From contig OY970393.1 in assembly GCA_963720465.1 (NCBI GenBank), positions 672,001 through 736,000 on the forward strand: 64,000 bases of DNA, given 5' to 3'. Below the pieces are notes generated by a model, which worked only from the letters and a program-made list of their open reading frames with translations, was not told where the DNA came from and searched no databases. This DNA comes from Methanobacteriota archaeon (GTDB taxonomy: Archaea; Halobacteriota; Bog-38; Methanoflorentales; Methanoflorentaceae). This document shows positions 24,323 through 35,436 of the stretch, piece after piece (positions within the stretch are counted from its first letter, which is position 1; each line of letters begins with the position of its first letter). Both the position numbers and the translations under genes were made by a program.

Positions 24323-24368
24323 AGAACACCAACTTCAACCAAAATATGCGTAATGTACTTTGTCAATG

Positions 24369-25430
24369 TCAGCCAAATAGTATGCTCGGAGGAGACTCTA
24401 TTCGAATCTTACTTAGAGCGTAGTCGAAATGGTTCGGCCTTACTACAGTTTCATCAATTATCGCTTGGTGCAGCGCAATCTTCAAAACCTTCTCGACTAG
24501 ATCCCTGCCTGAAAAGCCCTGTGTCTTGCCTGCTATTCTTGCAAGATCAACCGTTGCGTGCAGTGTGATTGGGAACGTCTTCGCGAAGTTAACGAGAATC
24601 TGCAGTCGTTCATCTGTGTTAGGGAGGGTGAATTCAATCTCTTCTTCAAATCTACTTCTTACAGAACCGTCAAGCGCACCGTACCGGTTAGTAGCTCCTA
24701 TGGTACAGATCCCTGACCTATCCTCAATTCCGTCCATCTCTGTCAGAAGGGCATTCACTATTTCTAGGACGTCGCCGCGGAGTTCTTGGTAACTTCGGTC
24801 GAGCGCTATTGCGTCAAGCTCGTCGAAAAATAAGATACACGGTGCGAGGTCTTTAGCTCGCGCATAAAGGAGATGTATCCTCGCGGCCCCCTCACCCACG
24901 TGCTCGCCTATCAGCTGAGTTGACTTAACGGTAAGCATCGGCGCATCTGTGAGACCAGATAACGCCTTCGCCATCATTGTTTTTCCAGTTCCAGACGGCC
25001 CAAAGAACAAAATGTTCTTAGGGGCCCACCTGCCAAAGCTTTCAGGGTCTTTCAAGTACTTTTCGATAAGCTTGCATTTCTTTTTTGCCGCGTGTTGTCC
25101 GACGATGTCGTCAAACAAGATGCCTGCAGCCACTTGGGGGATGCTGTTCTCTGTATCTTCCACGACAACTACGGTTGATTTTCCGATCGTCGCGTGCTTA
25201 GGTTCGACGTTGATGATTTCAAACGCAAAATCCGGATACATCCGACGATCAAACAAGTAGTCGCCCTTCTTTACCGAAGCGCCAAACCATTGCTCTTTAG
25301 CGTAATGATCGAATACTCTGGGTTCACTTACCTCTGGGTATTCAAATTCGCTCTTCATCGGATAGCCGGCGGGCTTTAGCACGATGAACTTGGCGGCAAT
25401 CGTGGGGTTCTTAATAGGCGAGGCGTTCAT
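24369..25430 (-). CDS. Archaeal AAA+ ATPase (COG1223/AMA-type)
   Basis: Walker A GPSGTGKT, Walker B FFDELD, SRH ATN...RSRFE; WAPKNILF; start set at ATG 25430. Confidence 0.9.
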   Translation of the reverse strand: MNASPIKNPTIAAKFIVLKPAGYPMKSEFEYPEVSEPRVFDHYAKEQWFGASVKKGDYLFDRRMYPDFAFEIINVEPKHATIGKSTVVVVEDTENSIPQVAAGILFDDIVGQHAAKKKCKLIEKYLKDPESFGRWAPKNILFFGPSGTGKTMMAKALSGLTDAPMLTVKSTQLIGEHVGEGAARIHLLYARAKDLAPCILFFDELDAIALDRSYQELRGDVLEIVNALLTEMDGIEDRSGICTIGATNRYGALDGSVRSRFEEEIEFTLPNTDERLQILVNFAKTFPITLHATVDLARIAGKTQGFSGRDLVEKVLKIALHQAIIDETVVRPNHFDYALSKIRIESPPSILFG

Positions 25431-25479
25431 TTTTTCTCTCTTGAGTGAATTATTATAAAAGTCAAAGATTAAATCATTT

Positions 25480-26049
25480 ATGATGCGCATGCAGAGCGTT
25501 AGAGCATTTATTGCGATTGACCCCGATAACGAGACGCGACAAAGACTTCTCACTATTCAACGCGAGAGCCTAAAGATGCGCGAGTTCTCATCAGTGAAAG
25601 TAGTCGACCCACTCGCGATGCATGTAACCTTAAGCTTCCTCGGAAATATCGCGCCTCCCGAACTCTTAGCTATCCGCGACGCATTGAGGTCGGTTTCGTT
25701 TCACCCGTTTTGTGTGACGCTTAACGGTATCGGCGCCTTTCCGAACACAAGAAGAATGAGAGTAATTCATGTTGGGCTGAGCGATTCTGCAGATCTAAAA
25801 AGATTACACAAGCTTATCGTTGAATCACTGAGAGGAGCAGACACATCGGAGAAAGAATTCGATCCGCACATCACCCTCGGTAGAGTCAAACGGGCTATTC
25901 CATCAGAAATGAAGGACTTGGCTAACCTTATGGCCCCACTCTCATCGCTCTTCGTTGGTCGGCTCAACGTTTCCTCTTTTCTACTAAAACAAAGCACCTT
26001 GACTCCTAACGGCCCCGTATATGATACGCTTGAGGAGTTCAAACTATGA
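25480..26049 (+). CDS. thpR: RNA 2',3'-cyclic phosphodiesterase (2H, LigT family)
   Basis: Two HxT motifs (HVTL, HITL), RAFIAID, STLTPNGPVY. Confidence 0.92.
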   Translation: MMRMQSVRAFIAIDPDNETRQRLLTIQRESLKMREFSSVKVVDPLAMHVTLSFLGNIAPPELLAIRDALRSVSFHPFCVTLNGIGAFPNTRRMRVIHVGLSDSADLKRLHKLIVESLRGADTSEKEFDPHITLGRVKRAIPSEMKDLANLMAPLSSLFVGRLNVSSFLLKQSTLTPNGPVYDTLEEFKL

Positions 26050-27416
26050 AAAACGAGCTAACGCGAGTGCAAATAAACGTGCTAAAAAGAATACGGCCCT
26101 CACGAGGCGAACGTGAGCGTCTGCATGCAGTTACCCAGCAGGTGATTGCAGCAGCACAAAACGCGCTCGCAAGCAGAAATCTAAGAGCGACTGTAGAAGT
26201 AATTGGCTCTGCTGCACGAGATACCTGGATTTTGGGCGATCAAGATATCGACATATTCATCGGATTTGACACCAGCACTTCGCGCGAAGACCTAGAACGC
26301 TACGGATTGGAAATAGGAAAAGAAATTGCGGTCGAAGGCTATGTCATAGGCTTTGCCGAGCATCCTTATGTAAAAGCTCGTTGCGGCGGTTTCGCTATTG
26401 ATGTCGTCCCACACTATCGAATCAAAAATACGCGCCAAATGTTCTCAGCAGTCGATAGGACCCCATTTCATCAGCAATTCGTAGCCGAGCACCTCGACGC
26501 GAGACATGATGAGGTCAGGCTGCTAAAACAATTCTTAAAGGGAGCGGGCATATACGGCGCAGAGTTACGAACCAAAGGATTCTCCGGATACCTCTGTGAG
26601 CTCCTCGTCATCAAATTTGGCTCCTTTGTAAACGTGTTGGAAAGCGTTCAGGATTGGAAAGTGGGGACCTGCATCAGCTTAACTAGCGCACAAGCTCGCA
26701 ACAGTTTCGCCAGCCCGTTGGCGGTCATCGACCCAGTAGACACAAATCGAAACGTAGCCGCTGCGGTCTCGCTAGATAGTTTTTCTATTTTCCTTGATTC
26801 TGCAAGGAGCTTCCTAGAAAGCCCGTGTATTGAGTGTTTTTTCCCCCCGCAGATCCCGCCCCTCGATGTTAGCGCCTTCCGGGCCATTATCAAGAAGCGA
26901 AAAACGACCGTATTTGGCGTGAAGTTTGACTTGCCAGATCTCGTTGACGATATCGCTTACCCGCAGCTCGAGCGAGCTCACAAGGGAATGCTAATCGCGC
27001 TGCAGCAGCACGGCTTTTCGGCGCTGCGAGGCGACATTTATTATTATCGAGGGGAGGCTGTTTTGCTCTTTGAAATGCTAGTTTCGCAACTCCCTGCAGT
27101 GAAAAGACACGAGGGCCCGCCTGTCGACTCAAAGCGGCACGCCAACAAGTTCAAGAAGAAATACGTCAACAACCCTCTCGTGTTGTCAGGACCATACATA
27201 GACGAGGGCCGCTACGTCGTTGAGCTTCGACGCAAGTATCTCACACTCCCCGAATACGTGGAAGCCGAGTTCAAGAACGTGCGCTCGAGCAAAGCAATCT
27301 TAAGCGCGATGGAAAAGGAGTTTCAGATCCTGAAAGACGACGAGCTTCTATACAACGAAAGCATGCGACTTTTTCTAGCGCGCTACTTTGACAAGACGCT
27401 CAGCAATTGCGACTAG
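26046..27416 (+). CDS. cca: CCA-adding enzyme (class I)
   Basis: GSAARDTW...DIDIF, AEHPYV, SAVDRTPFH, GFSGYLCELL. Confidence 0.96.
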   Translation: MKNELTRVQINVLKRIRPSRGERERLHAVTQQVIAAAQNALASRNLRATVEVIGSAARDTWILGDQDIDIFIGFDTSTSREDLERYGLEIGKEIAVEGYVIGFAEHPYVKARCGGFAIDVVPHYRIKNTRQMFSAVDRTPFHQQFVAEHLDARHDEVRLLKQFLKGAGIYGAELRTKGFSGYLCELLVIKFGSFVNVLESVQDWKVGTCISLTSAQARNSFASPLAVIDPVDTNRNVAAAVSLDSFSIFLDSARSFLESPCIECFFPPQIPPLDVSAFRAIIKKRKTTVFGVKFDLPDLVDDIAYPQLERAHKGMLIALQQHGFSALRGDIYYYRGEAVLLFEMLVSQLPAVKRHEGPPVDSKRHANKFKKKYVNNPLVLSGPYIDEGRYVVELRRKYLTLPEYVEAEFKNVRSSKAILSAMEKEFQILKDDELLYNESMRLFLARYFDKTLSNCD

Positions 27417-27418
27417 AA

Positions 27419-28447
27419 TCACAGTTCCCAGTATTTTGATTGCACCTTGATCGCCCTCTCAACCCGATCGTTGATGTGCGTCGATATCCTACTATTGACG
27501 TCGTCTTCTTCCACTTGAGTCGGGAAATCGAATAACGATCCGCATATTGTGAGCGTAGAATCAGCTAGGGCTTGGAGATCATATCCTCCTTCTAGGCAGG
27601 CGATGACCTGTCCCTGCGGGGTTACAGATTTCACCCGTTCAGTCAATCCTCTAAACGCATTCGAGGTTGCAAGCATGCCGCCGATTGGGTCTGCGTAGTG
27701 TATATCCTGTCCAGCCGACACAAAGGTGAGTTCAGGTTCGAACTGTTGTGCTATTGGAATGAAGAGGCGGTCGTATGCGTAGAAGAAACCGTCATCATTC
27801 ACGCCTGGCGGAAGTGGCAGATTCACGGTGAACCCCTCGCCTTCTCCCGATCCTACTTCCTCAAAATCGCCTGTTCCTGGATAAAAAGGCCGTTGGTGCG
27901 TTGACATATACAGCACGCGCGAATCGCCATAGAAGGATGCCTGCGTTCCGTTGCCGTGATGCACATCCCAGTCGATTATTAAGACGCGTTCGATATCTTT
28001 ACTTGAGATGGCGTACTTCGCCGCGCAGGCAACATTATTAAAGATGCAAAACCCCATTGCCTTATTCCAGATCGCGTGATGGCCAGGAGGCCTGACAATC
28101 GCCATCACATTGTGCACGTCCGCCATAACGGCATCAACAGCACAAATGACCCCTCCGACGGCCAGGAGCGATACTTCATAGCTTTTCGAGGAACAATACG
28201 TATCCAAATCGAGCCACCCGCCCCCTGCTTCAGCAAGTCGGCGCACGCTCGCGATATATTGGACGTCATGATTAGCTCGTACTTGGTCGAGAGCCGCTCT
28301 AAACGGTTTAAGTATCTGAATACGTCTCGCCTTTTCATCTTCTCGTATACGTTCCATAATTGCTTCTATTCGGCTTTTGGATTCGATATGATCCCCCGTT
28401 TCGTGGTCTTTGTACGCAGGATCGTAAACGATCGCGCCTGCTGGCAT
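27419..28447 (-). CDS. Histone deacetylase family protein
   Basis: RPPGHHA, GFCIFNN, DWDVHHGNGTQ, LEGGY. Confidence 0.94.
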   Translation of the reverse strand: MPAGAIVYDPAYKDHETGDHIESKSRIEAIMERIREDEKARRIQILKPFRAALDQVRANHDVQYIASVRRLAEAGGGWLDLDTYCSSKSYEVSLLAVGGVICAVDAVMADVHNVMAIVRPPGHHAIWNKAMGFCIFNNVACAAKYAISSKDIERVLIIDWDVHHGNGTQASFYGDSRVLYMSTHQRPFYPGTGDFEEVGSGEGEGFTVNLPLPPGVNDDGFFYAYDRLFIPIAQQFEPELTFVSAGQDIHYADPIGGMLATSNAFRGLTERVKSVTPQGQVIACLEGGYDLQALADSTLTICGSLFDFPTQVEEDDVNSRISTHINDRVERAIKVQSKYWEL

Positions 28448-28569
28448 AATGATGAAAGGGTTTCATAAGCTTATTAACGTTATCTAACGACTGTCGCAGA
28501 AGCTGACGATGCCTGTTATCGGTCCACAGTTAGGTTCATTTACTTGTACACCGCAGTAATGGGTAGAAA

Positions 28570-29358
28570 ATGAGTTCTCTCAAAGTCGAAGATTACATGA
28601 CGCGCGAGGTCGTTACCGTTTCAGTCTCAGACACGGTCAAAGACGTCATAAGTCTTATAAGAAACACAAAACACGACGGGTTTCCGGTGGTCAAAGACCA
28701 CAAGATACTTGGGTACGTCTCATCACTCGACATCTTGTTGTGTGATCCTTCGGTCAAAGTCGCCGATATCATGTCAGTAGATTTAGTCGTTGCTCGTCGT
28801 GACATGGACTTGTTTGATGCCGCGCGGGTGTTGTTTAGATCAGACACCAAGAAACTGCCTGTAATTGACGATGACAGCAATGTAATTGGCATAATATCAA
28901 ACACAGATGTCATTAGATCGCAGATTGAACGGGCCACACCTGACAAGGTGTGGAAGCTTATGCGCACGCTACGAACAATTCACAAAGTCCAAGTAGAAGA
29001 GCACTTCGGCCGAGTGAGGATTATCGACCTAGTCCCAACGCAGTCAAAGATATATGCGGATGAGCTTGAAGGCAGAAGATATGAGCTTCAGAAAGGTCTA
29101 GCTGAACCATTAATCGTAATCCAGAAGCGTAACAAGATCTTGCTGGTAGACGGCCATCACAGGGCAGTCGCAGCCAAGCGTTTAGAGCTGAAAGAGGTCG
29201 ACGCTTACATCATTACGATGGATCGAGACATTTTTTTGGGTATGGAGCGAACGGCAGAGAACGTGGGACTAAAATCGCTGGCAGATATTCAAATCCTGGA
29301 GAGCGGCAGTCACCCTCTCATCGAAATTACTAAACGAAGCGGCTCGCGAAATGTGTGA
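28570..29358 (+). CDS. CBS-pair + ParB/Srx-like domain protein
   Basis: N-terminal CBS pair; PTQS...LVDGHHRA. Confidence 0.88.
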   Translation: MSSLKVEDYMTREVVTVSVSDTVKDVISLIRNTKHDGFPVVKDHKILGYVSSLDILLCDPSVKVADIMSVDLVVARRDMDLFDAARVLFRSDTKKLPVIDDDSNVIGIISNTDVIRSQIERATPDKVWKLMRTLRTIHKVQVEEHFGRVRIIDLVPTQSKIYADELEGRRYELQKGLAEPLIVIQKRNKILLVDGHHRAVAAKRLELKEVDAYIITMDRDIFLGMERTAENVGLKSLADIQILESGSHPLIEITKRSGSRNV

Positions 29359-29361
29359 GCG

Positions 29362-30246
29362 TCACACAAGCATCACAGAATTCAAAATCTCGCGCAGCAC
29401 ATCGGTTCGCGTTATGACTCCCGTCGGAGAACCGTTGTTCGTTACCAGCAGTCGGCCGACGTGATGTGTCTGGAGGAGACGTATGGCCTCATAAACGGGC
29501 CTATCGTCTTCGACCGACAGTAAATTTCCGCTCATGATATCTCCTGCAGAGCCGCGGTTTCCAAATGCAACGGCTTTTCCCAGATCCTTCAACGTGACTA
29601 CTCCTACAAGTTTTTCGCCGCGCTTTACCGGGGCCCCTTGAATATTGTGATCGATTAGGATCCTAGCAACTTCTTCAAGCGGTGCGTCGACATCGATCGT
29701 GACTAAATCGTTCGAAGCATACTCACTCACCGGCGCTTTCGGAAGAGATATCATCTCAGAGACCAAAACAATGAGTTTGTTCTCGGCGTCGTTTCTGCCG
29801 CACACCGTGCCTTTTATGGTTAGGTGATTCACAGGAGTTGGACCGAGCTTAAGAGTGTCGCCAATGGCGAACTCGCGAATGTTTCCCATTACCTTGATCG
29901 CGGCGCTGCACACGTCTGGATGTGCAACTGTCATAAAGTCGATTTCCTCGATCAGGACATCGCTTACTTCAGCGCCATTCTTAATCAAAACAACGTGAGC
30001 TTCTTCCCCCATCGTATCCAGTTCCAGTTCTCGATATGCAGCGCTCGTGGCCTTATATCCACCTTTAGGCCCTGGAACACCTTCTACAAGCTGAAGGGCC
30101 TTTAGCGATTGCATTTGATTTCTTATTGTGCCTGGATTTCGGCCAAGAATCTCGGCTATCTCTTCTCCTCTAATTGAGCGCGGCTTGCCACGATATAAGC
30201 TGACAAGAGTGCTTAAGATCTCTTTTTGCACCGACGTGAGTTCCAT
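29362..30246 (-). CDS. HrcA-like wHTH + CBS domain regulator
   Basis: GEEIAEILGRNPGTIRNQMQSL...GPKGGY; C-terminal CBS pair. Confidence 0.88.
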   Translation of the reverse strand: MELTSVQKEILSTLVSLYRGKPRSIRGEEIAEILGRNPGTIRNQMQSLKALQLVEGVPGPKGGYKATSAAYRELELDTMGEEAHVVLIKNGAEVSDVLIEEIDFMTVAHPDVCSAAIKVMGNIREFAIGDTLKLGPTPVNHLTIKGTVCGRNDAENKLIVLVSEMISLPKAPVSEYASNDLVTIDVDAPLEEVARILIDHNIQGAPVKRGEKLVGVVTLKDLGKAVAFGNRGSAGDIMSGNLLSVEDDRPVYEAIRLLQTHHVGRLLVTNNGSPTGVITRTDVLREILNSVMLV

Positions 30247-30313
30247 AGCTGTAATTAGTATGATTAATTATGAGATATAAGGTTTATTAGCTCGTGATGT
30301 CTAGGAGTACGAA

Positions 30314-31285
30314 ATGTTCAACATTCCGACTGTCCCCACTGCAGAGGAGCTACTGGGCAAAGCATTTCGAAAGAGTGTCAGGGCACGAGCAGGAAAATCG
30401 CCAGGGCGGACGGCAGAAAAGACGATGATTTTGACAGCGTCAAACATCCTTGCGGACAATCTTAGAGCTGTCGTGAGACGATTTCCGAACTTCGATGAGA
30501 TCGGCGCGTTCTACGCAGAGACAATCGACATTGTCGTTGGACTGGATCAGCTTAGGATATCATTGGCTTCAGTCACTTGGGCATCGACAAAAATCCATCA
30601 ACTCTCCAGGGTCGCAATCGGAAAAATTGCTCGGGCGTCAGATGCGAAAGCGGTTAGGAAGCAGACGTTTGGACGAACTGCTTCTATCATGAAAGAGATA
30701 GAGCCAGATCTCGATTTTTTGAATCGCGCCCGAAACACGATCAACGCGCTTCCCGCACTAGAAGATGAGCCAACCATACTAGTGGCGGGATATCCGAATG
30801 TTGGTAAGTCGAGTTTCGTCGCTTTTGTAACTAGCGCCAAACCCGAGATCGCACTTTACCCATTCACCACGAAGGGCATCATCGTCGGACACATACAGTA
30901 CTGCGATCGACGTTATCAGATTGTCGATTTGCCCGGACTGCTCGACCGCCCCGTTTCAAAAAGAAACGTCATAGAGCTTCAGGCGATTTCAGCTCTCAAA
31001 AACCTCGGGGACGCGGTATTGTTCATCGTTGATCCTTCGGGCACCTCTGGATACGAAGTGTCCGATCAACTAAACCTTCTGCGCGAGCTGAAATCTCAAG
31101 TCGGCCTTCCCGTCATAGTCGCAGCAAATAAAATGGATCTCGGGCCGGCAGAACCAGTGAACGAAGCTTTCGGGATCTCAACAATATCCGGTGAAGGAAT
31201 TGCAGCGGTGCTTAAAGCTTCAATTGATCTAGCAAGTCGTGCACACCACGCTCCCTTGACGACGCAGGCCGACGAAACTGCGTGA
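30314..31285 (+). CDS. NOG1-family GTPase
   Basis: GYPNVGKSS, YPFTTK, DLPGLLDR, NKMD. Confidence 0.93.
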   Translation: MFNIPTVPTAEELLGKAFRKSVRARAGKSPGRTAEKTMILTASNILADNLRAVVRRFPNFDEIGAFYAETIDIVVGLDQLRISLASVTWASTKIHQLSRVAIGKIARASDAKAVRKQTFGRTASIMKEIEPDLDFLNRARNTINALPALEDEPTILVAGYPNVGKSSFVAFVTSAKPEIALYPFTTKGIIVGHIQYCDRRYQIVDLPGLLDRPVSKRNVIELQAISALKNLGDAVLFIVDPSGTSGYEVSDQLNLLRELKSQVGLPVIVAANKMDLGPAEPVNEAFGISTISGEGIAAVLKASIDLASRAHHAPLTTQADETA

Positions 31286-31288
31286 AGG

Positions 31289-32212
31289 TTAGAATGGCTT
31301 GACTCCCACGAGATAGCTTGCTAGCAGCAATCCGACGATCGCGCCTGAGTTCAAGAACGGCAAGCCCGCTTGCGGCTTTCCCTTAAGGACAAGCAACATC
31401 AGTCCCACATAACCCGCGAGCGTGCCAATAGCCGCGCCTAAGGCAGGAACATTAATGAACCCAAACGTCGGGGCACTCAAGAAGGTATTTGCAGATATTA
31501 CCAAAACGGTCGGGATTACAGCATCGCCCAGTCCCATAAAAAACGCTTCGCGCTTCTCTAGTTTTTCTTCGCCGGTCGCTTCAGAAGCTTCCTGTGACCA
31601 TTTCACGTGAGAATACCCTCTATTACGGGGGAGAACAAACAGTACCGGCAGGTTTAGATCGACGACACCCTCGGCGAGGCTAACCATATGTTTAGTCTCG
31701 TATACGGAGATAAAGTCGTAGATGGCGAGTGCTATTAGAAGTACCAGCGCAGGTAGGACGGCGAAAGAGATTCCAAATATTGCAGCCGCGCCAGCACCTA
31801 TTAGGATCCCAACGAGATCGATCACGTACCATTCTGGATAATAGAACAGGAAAAAAGCGGTCACGGCTGTTGCCGCGATCGCGATGAGCCACCCACTGTC
31901 AAGATTGAGTAGGACTGACGAATAAACGAAGTAGAGTGTTGAGATGATTACGAGGCCAATAATAACTTGTATCACCCACCGTTTGCCGAGCCTGATGATG
32001 AGGAGCAAAAATGCTGTGAAAACCAAAATAAGCGCAACATAATAGAGCGGATTGAACACGGATTGTGGATTGTTGAACGCTTTGATGTCCGATGCTTGAA
32101 ACGGGTTAGCCAATAGAAGCGCGATAACCTGGATTGCGATGATGAAGAGCACCATGGTAAACGGCGAAATGCGCTTCAGTATATCATTCACGAAAAGAAA
32201 CCCCCAAACCAC
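31289..32212 (-). CDS. Presenilin-family intramembrane aspartyl protease (PSH)
   Basis: Multi-TM; catalytic YD and GLGD; PQAGLPFL; start uncertain. Confidence 0.92.
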   Translation of the reverse strand: MVWGFLFVNDILKRISPFTMVLFIIAIQVIALLLANPFQASDIKAFNNPQSVFNPLYYVALILVFTAFLLLIIRLGKRWVIQVIIGLVIISTLYFVYSSVLLNLDSGWLIAIAATAVTAFFLFYYPEWYVIDLVGILIGAGAAAIFGISFAVLPALVLLIALAIYDFISVYETKHMVSLAEGVVDLNLPVLFVLPRNRGYSHVKWSQEASEATGEEKLEKREAFFMGLGDAVIPTVLVISANTFLSAPTFGFINVPALGAAIGTLAGYVGLMLLVLKGKPQAGLPFLNSGAIVGLLLASYLVGVKPF

Positions 32213-32506
32213 CGACTGCTACAAACTTGATCGCCAAAATCAGCACAATGTGGCCCCACTTCTACCGTGGCCGTATGCGCTTCTGATATATAGAGTTGCG
32301 CGCACCAGGCGTCCTCTTGGCTTTGGAACTCGAGAACGCGATGGAAGGATCCGTGAAGCGCGAGGAGGAAACTAATAAACGTAAGATAGAGACGACTGCT
32401 GCTTAATGTGAGGCGTTATCTTTCACTAGTTGGGTTCGGCAAAGTTTATCCTTACGTAGGTTTAATGTGGCAGTTCGCATAGCAACAAATGCACTGAGTT
32501 GATAAC

Positions 32507-33511
32507 ATGGGGGTTCCAATCGGAGAGCTTCTTCCGCGGACCAAGATAGACCTTGAACATATCGACACTGTCGCCATTGACGCGTACAATGCGATATACC
32601 AGTTCTTAAGCATCATTCGACAGAGGGACGGGACGCCCTTGATGGATAGTACTGGGAGGGTTACCTCTCACCTCTCGGGGCTGTTTTATCGAACCGCCAA
32701 CATCATAGAAGCCGGAGTCCGCCCAGTCTACGTTTTTGACGGCGAACCGCCAGAAATGAAAAAGGACACCGTGATTAGGCGTAGGGAAACGCGCGAGCGT
32801 GCGACGCAAGAATGGGTACAGGCTCGAGCAGAGGGAAGAGCAGACGCTTTTAAATACGCTCAAGCGTCGGCTCGAATTGATAACCAAGTGCTTGAGAGCT
32901 CAGTTGCCTTGCTACGTTACCTAGGGATCCCCGTAGTTCTTGCTCCGAGCGAAGGAGAAGCACAAGCGGCGTATATGACAATCAAAGGAGACGTCTCGTA
33001 CACCGGATCTCAAGACGCGGACGCGCTGCTTTTTGGCACACCTCGGCTAGTCAGAAACCTCACCATAACTGGACGGCGCAAACTGCCGGGCAAGAATGTT
33101 TACGTGAGTATCAGTCCTGAATTGTTCGAGCTCGACGACATTCTCTCCTCTTTGGAGATTACTCGAGAGCAGCTCATTGAGGTCGGCATCCTTGTCGGCA
33201 CTGATTACAACAAAGGCGTAAAAGGGATCGGACCAAAAAAAGCCCTGAGAATGATTAAAAGCTTTGGCATTGCAGAAGCGCTGGATAACCTTGGAGCGAG
33301 CATTGACTATGGCCCTATCAAACAATTCTTCCTCGAGCCTGACGTTACTGACGAATATAGTTTAGCGTGGACCCCGCCAAACGAGCAAGAACTTTTCAGT
33401 TTCCTTTGCGACGAGCACGGTTTTTCGCGAGATAGGGTTGAAAACACGTTAAAGAGGATCGCTACCGCTCACCAGGGTGCAGATCAGAGGTCACTCGCCC
33501 AATGGCTGTGA
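32507..33511 (+). CDS. fen: Flap endonuclease 1
   Basis: YQFLSIIRQRDGTPL, EGEAQAA, GTDYN, C-terminal PIP box QRSLAQWL. Confidence 0.97.
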   Translation: MGVPIGELLPRTKIDLEHIDTVAIDAYNAIYQFLSIIRQRDGTPLMDSTGRVTSHLSGLFYRTANIIEAGVRPVYVFDGEPPEMKKDTVIRRRETRERATQEWVQARAEGRADAFKYAQASARIDNQVLESSVALLRYLGIPVVLAPSEGEAQAAYMTIKGDVSYTGSQDADALLFGTPRLVRNLTITGRRKLPGKNVYVSISPELFELDDILSSLEITREQLIEVGILVGTDYNKGVKGIGPKKALRMIKSFGIAEALDNLGASIDYGPIKQFFLEPDVTDEYSLAWTPPNEQELFSFLCDEHGFSRDRVENTLKRIATAHQGADQRSLAQWL

Positions 33512-33526
33512 AGCTAACCTGTGCGC

Positions 33527-34186
33527 TTAGAAACGGAAGCGATTCGCTCGCCCACTGTCACGCGCTTCACCAAACCCATATTCGCCGACAAGCAAGACGA
33601 AAGCAACGCCCCCGTGCGCTTCCTTAGTTATCTCGTGGTTCTTGCAAACTAAGTATAGTTCTTGGAGCTCTCTTCCCAACGGTATTACCATCCGACCCCC
33701 AGCTGTCAGCTGTGCAAGCAACGGAGGCGGAATGTCCGGAGCCGAACACGTCACAAGAATCCTGTCGAACGGAGCTTTTTCCGCGAACCCCAACGACCCG
33801 TCGCCAGTGTTAACGACCACATTCGAAGGCACACGCTTCCTCGCTTCTTGGGCTAACTGCTCAAATCTTTCAATCGTGTAAACAATTCCGTCTCCCACAA
33901 GCTGCGCTAGCACAGCAGCGTGATAACCCGAACCGGTTCCTACCTCAAGTACATTTGACGACGGCTCAACGCTGAGGAGGTCACACATTATAGCAACCAT
34001 ATGGGGAGCAGAAATCGTCTGCCCGTTTCCAATTGGCAGCGGCTCATCGTCGTATGCATAATTGCGCCAGTTGTGAGGGATATAATCTTCGCGCTTGACC
34101 GTGCTCATCGCGCTTACTACTCGCTCACTTATACCTCGGCGCTTTAAGCTCTGCAGCAGCGATATTCGTTCCGGCTCCAAGGACAT
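33527..34186 (-). CDS. pcm: Protein-L-isoaspartate O-methyltransferase
   Basis: GQTISAPHMV, VLEVGTGSGY, GDGSLG, APFDRI; start set at ATG 34186. Confidence 0.94.
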   Translation of the reverse strand: MSLEPERISLLQSLKRRGISERVVSAMSTVKREDYIPHNWRNYAYDDEPLPIGNGQTISAPHMVAIMCDLLSVEPSSNVLEVGTGSGYHAAVLAQLVGDGIVYTIERFEQLAQEARKRVPSNVVVNTGDGSLGFAEKAPFDRILVTCSAPDIPPPLLAQLTAGGRMVIPLGRELQELYLVCKNHEITKEAHGGVAFVLLVGEYGFGEARDSGRANRFRF

Positions 34187-34193
34187 TGTTTGC

Positions 34194-34835
34194 TTACCGC
34201 CTGAACTCCGACTTGCGAGCTCTGGGGTGGGCTGACCTGTATCGCTCATTTCCCCTCGACCCTTTGACATAGACCCTCCCAACGTCTTTCGCCTTAGCGC
34301 TTTGCCCTGCGCGGTCAAGAACGGGCCCCCCCTTGACCTTAACCCGCGCAATTTTTCCAAGTTGTTCTTCGTGCCCGACGACAAATTCCTTTTCGCCGTC
34401 AAACGGCACTCTATGTGATCTTGTGATACCGCCTGTGTGAACCGCGACCTTAACGACTACCTTATCGATCTTTTGCGCCCAAACCGCTCTAATCGTCTCA
34501 GCCACAGCTTCAGTCGCTCGCACTCCGTCGCTAAGTTCAATGGCAGTGATCCGCACGGCGTCAATTGACCCATTTTCCACGATCATCTCGTCTCGCACGC
34601 GCAATCGCTCAACCACCCCCACCTCAAACCATCGCACGTATGATTGATCGTAATCGCTCACGACGACCTTGAGCCTCACCATCGGGGTGCGATCCGCTGG
34701 TTCAGCTTGATGCGTTACCTGGCACCTCGCGCAGCGAACCACGAGTTTCTTACCGCTGTGCAGGACTTCGTGCAGCACTTTTTTATCTGGCGAGCACGAG
34801 TAGCATTCAAGGTTGATCTCTTGACTCATCGCCAT
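34194..34835 (-). CDS. HVO_0476-like zinc-finger protein
   Basis: CxxC...HEVL...VRCxxC..H; neighbour of pcm as in many euryarchaea. Confidence 0.8.
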   Translation of the reverse strand: MAMSQEINLECYSCSPDKKVLHEVLHSGKKLVVRCARCQVTHQAEPADRTPMVRLKVVVSDYDQSYVRWFEVGVVERLRVRDEMIVENGSIDAVRITAIELSDGVRATEAVAETIRAVWAQKIDKVVVKVAVHTGGITRSHRVPFDGEKEFVVGHEEQLGKIARVKVKGGPVLDRAGQSAKAKDVGRVYVKGSRGNERYRSAHPRARKSEFRR

Positions 34836-34872
34836 CAACCCATACTTGCACAGGGGAGTATAAATACAAGAC

Positions 34873-35295
34873 ATGACAAGCGACACTATCCGAGCCAAGG
34901 GCCATTGCAATATCACAGCGAGGCACAAAACGACCCTTCAAATCACCAAAGACGCACATATCTCAAAAAGGGCAGATTGTGTTGTCGGAGTTTTAGCCGA
35001 CAAAGCTTTAGGCGATCTGACCAGCGAAGTCAAAGCTGCCTTGAAGACCAACGCCGCTAAAGTCCGCCTTGAGATACACGCAGGACACGCGAGCGAAGCT
35101 ATCACAGGTTTCGGAAGCGCTCATTTAGCGCAATCCGATGCGAACGACATGGTTGTCAGAAAGAGTGGGTTCACCTCTGGGCGCACGCTTATGATCGGTG
35201 CAGACAAGGCAGCAGCGGATCTCGATCGCCGGTTTGTCGAAAAGTTGAAAAAGTCTGAGAACATACTTATAATTGTGGAAGTTGATTTTGAATAG
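34873..35295 (+). CDS. DUF371 protein
   Basis: GH.NITARH.TTLQIT.D, DCVVGV.ADK, VVRKS, ADKAAADL. Confidence 0.88.
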   Translation: MTSDTIRAKGHCNITARHKTTLQITKDAHISKRADCVVGVLADKALGDLTSEVKAALKTNAAKVRLEIHAGHASEAITGFGSAHLAQSDANDMVVRKSGFTSGRTLMIGADKAAADLDRRFVEKLKKSENILIIVEVDFE

Positions 35296-35436
35296 CACCA
35301 ATCGAGCGTGCAATTTGGATTTAGTGCAATTTTGCGAATCTTTGCCGATTATCAGCATATAGATAGGTTTAAATAGAAACGTAAAGAACTAGAGAGTGTT
35401 TACTGGTTTTTGTTTACTATTTGCTGAGGACTTAAA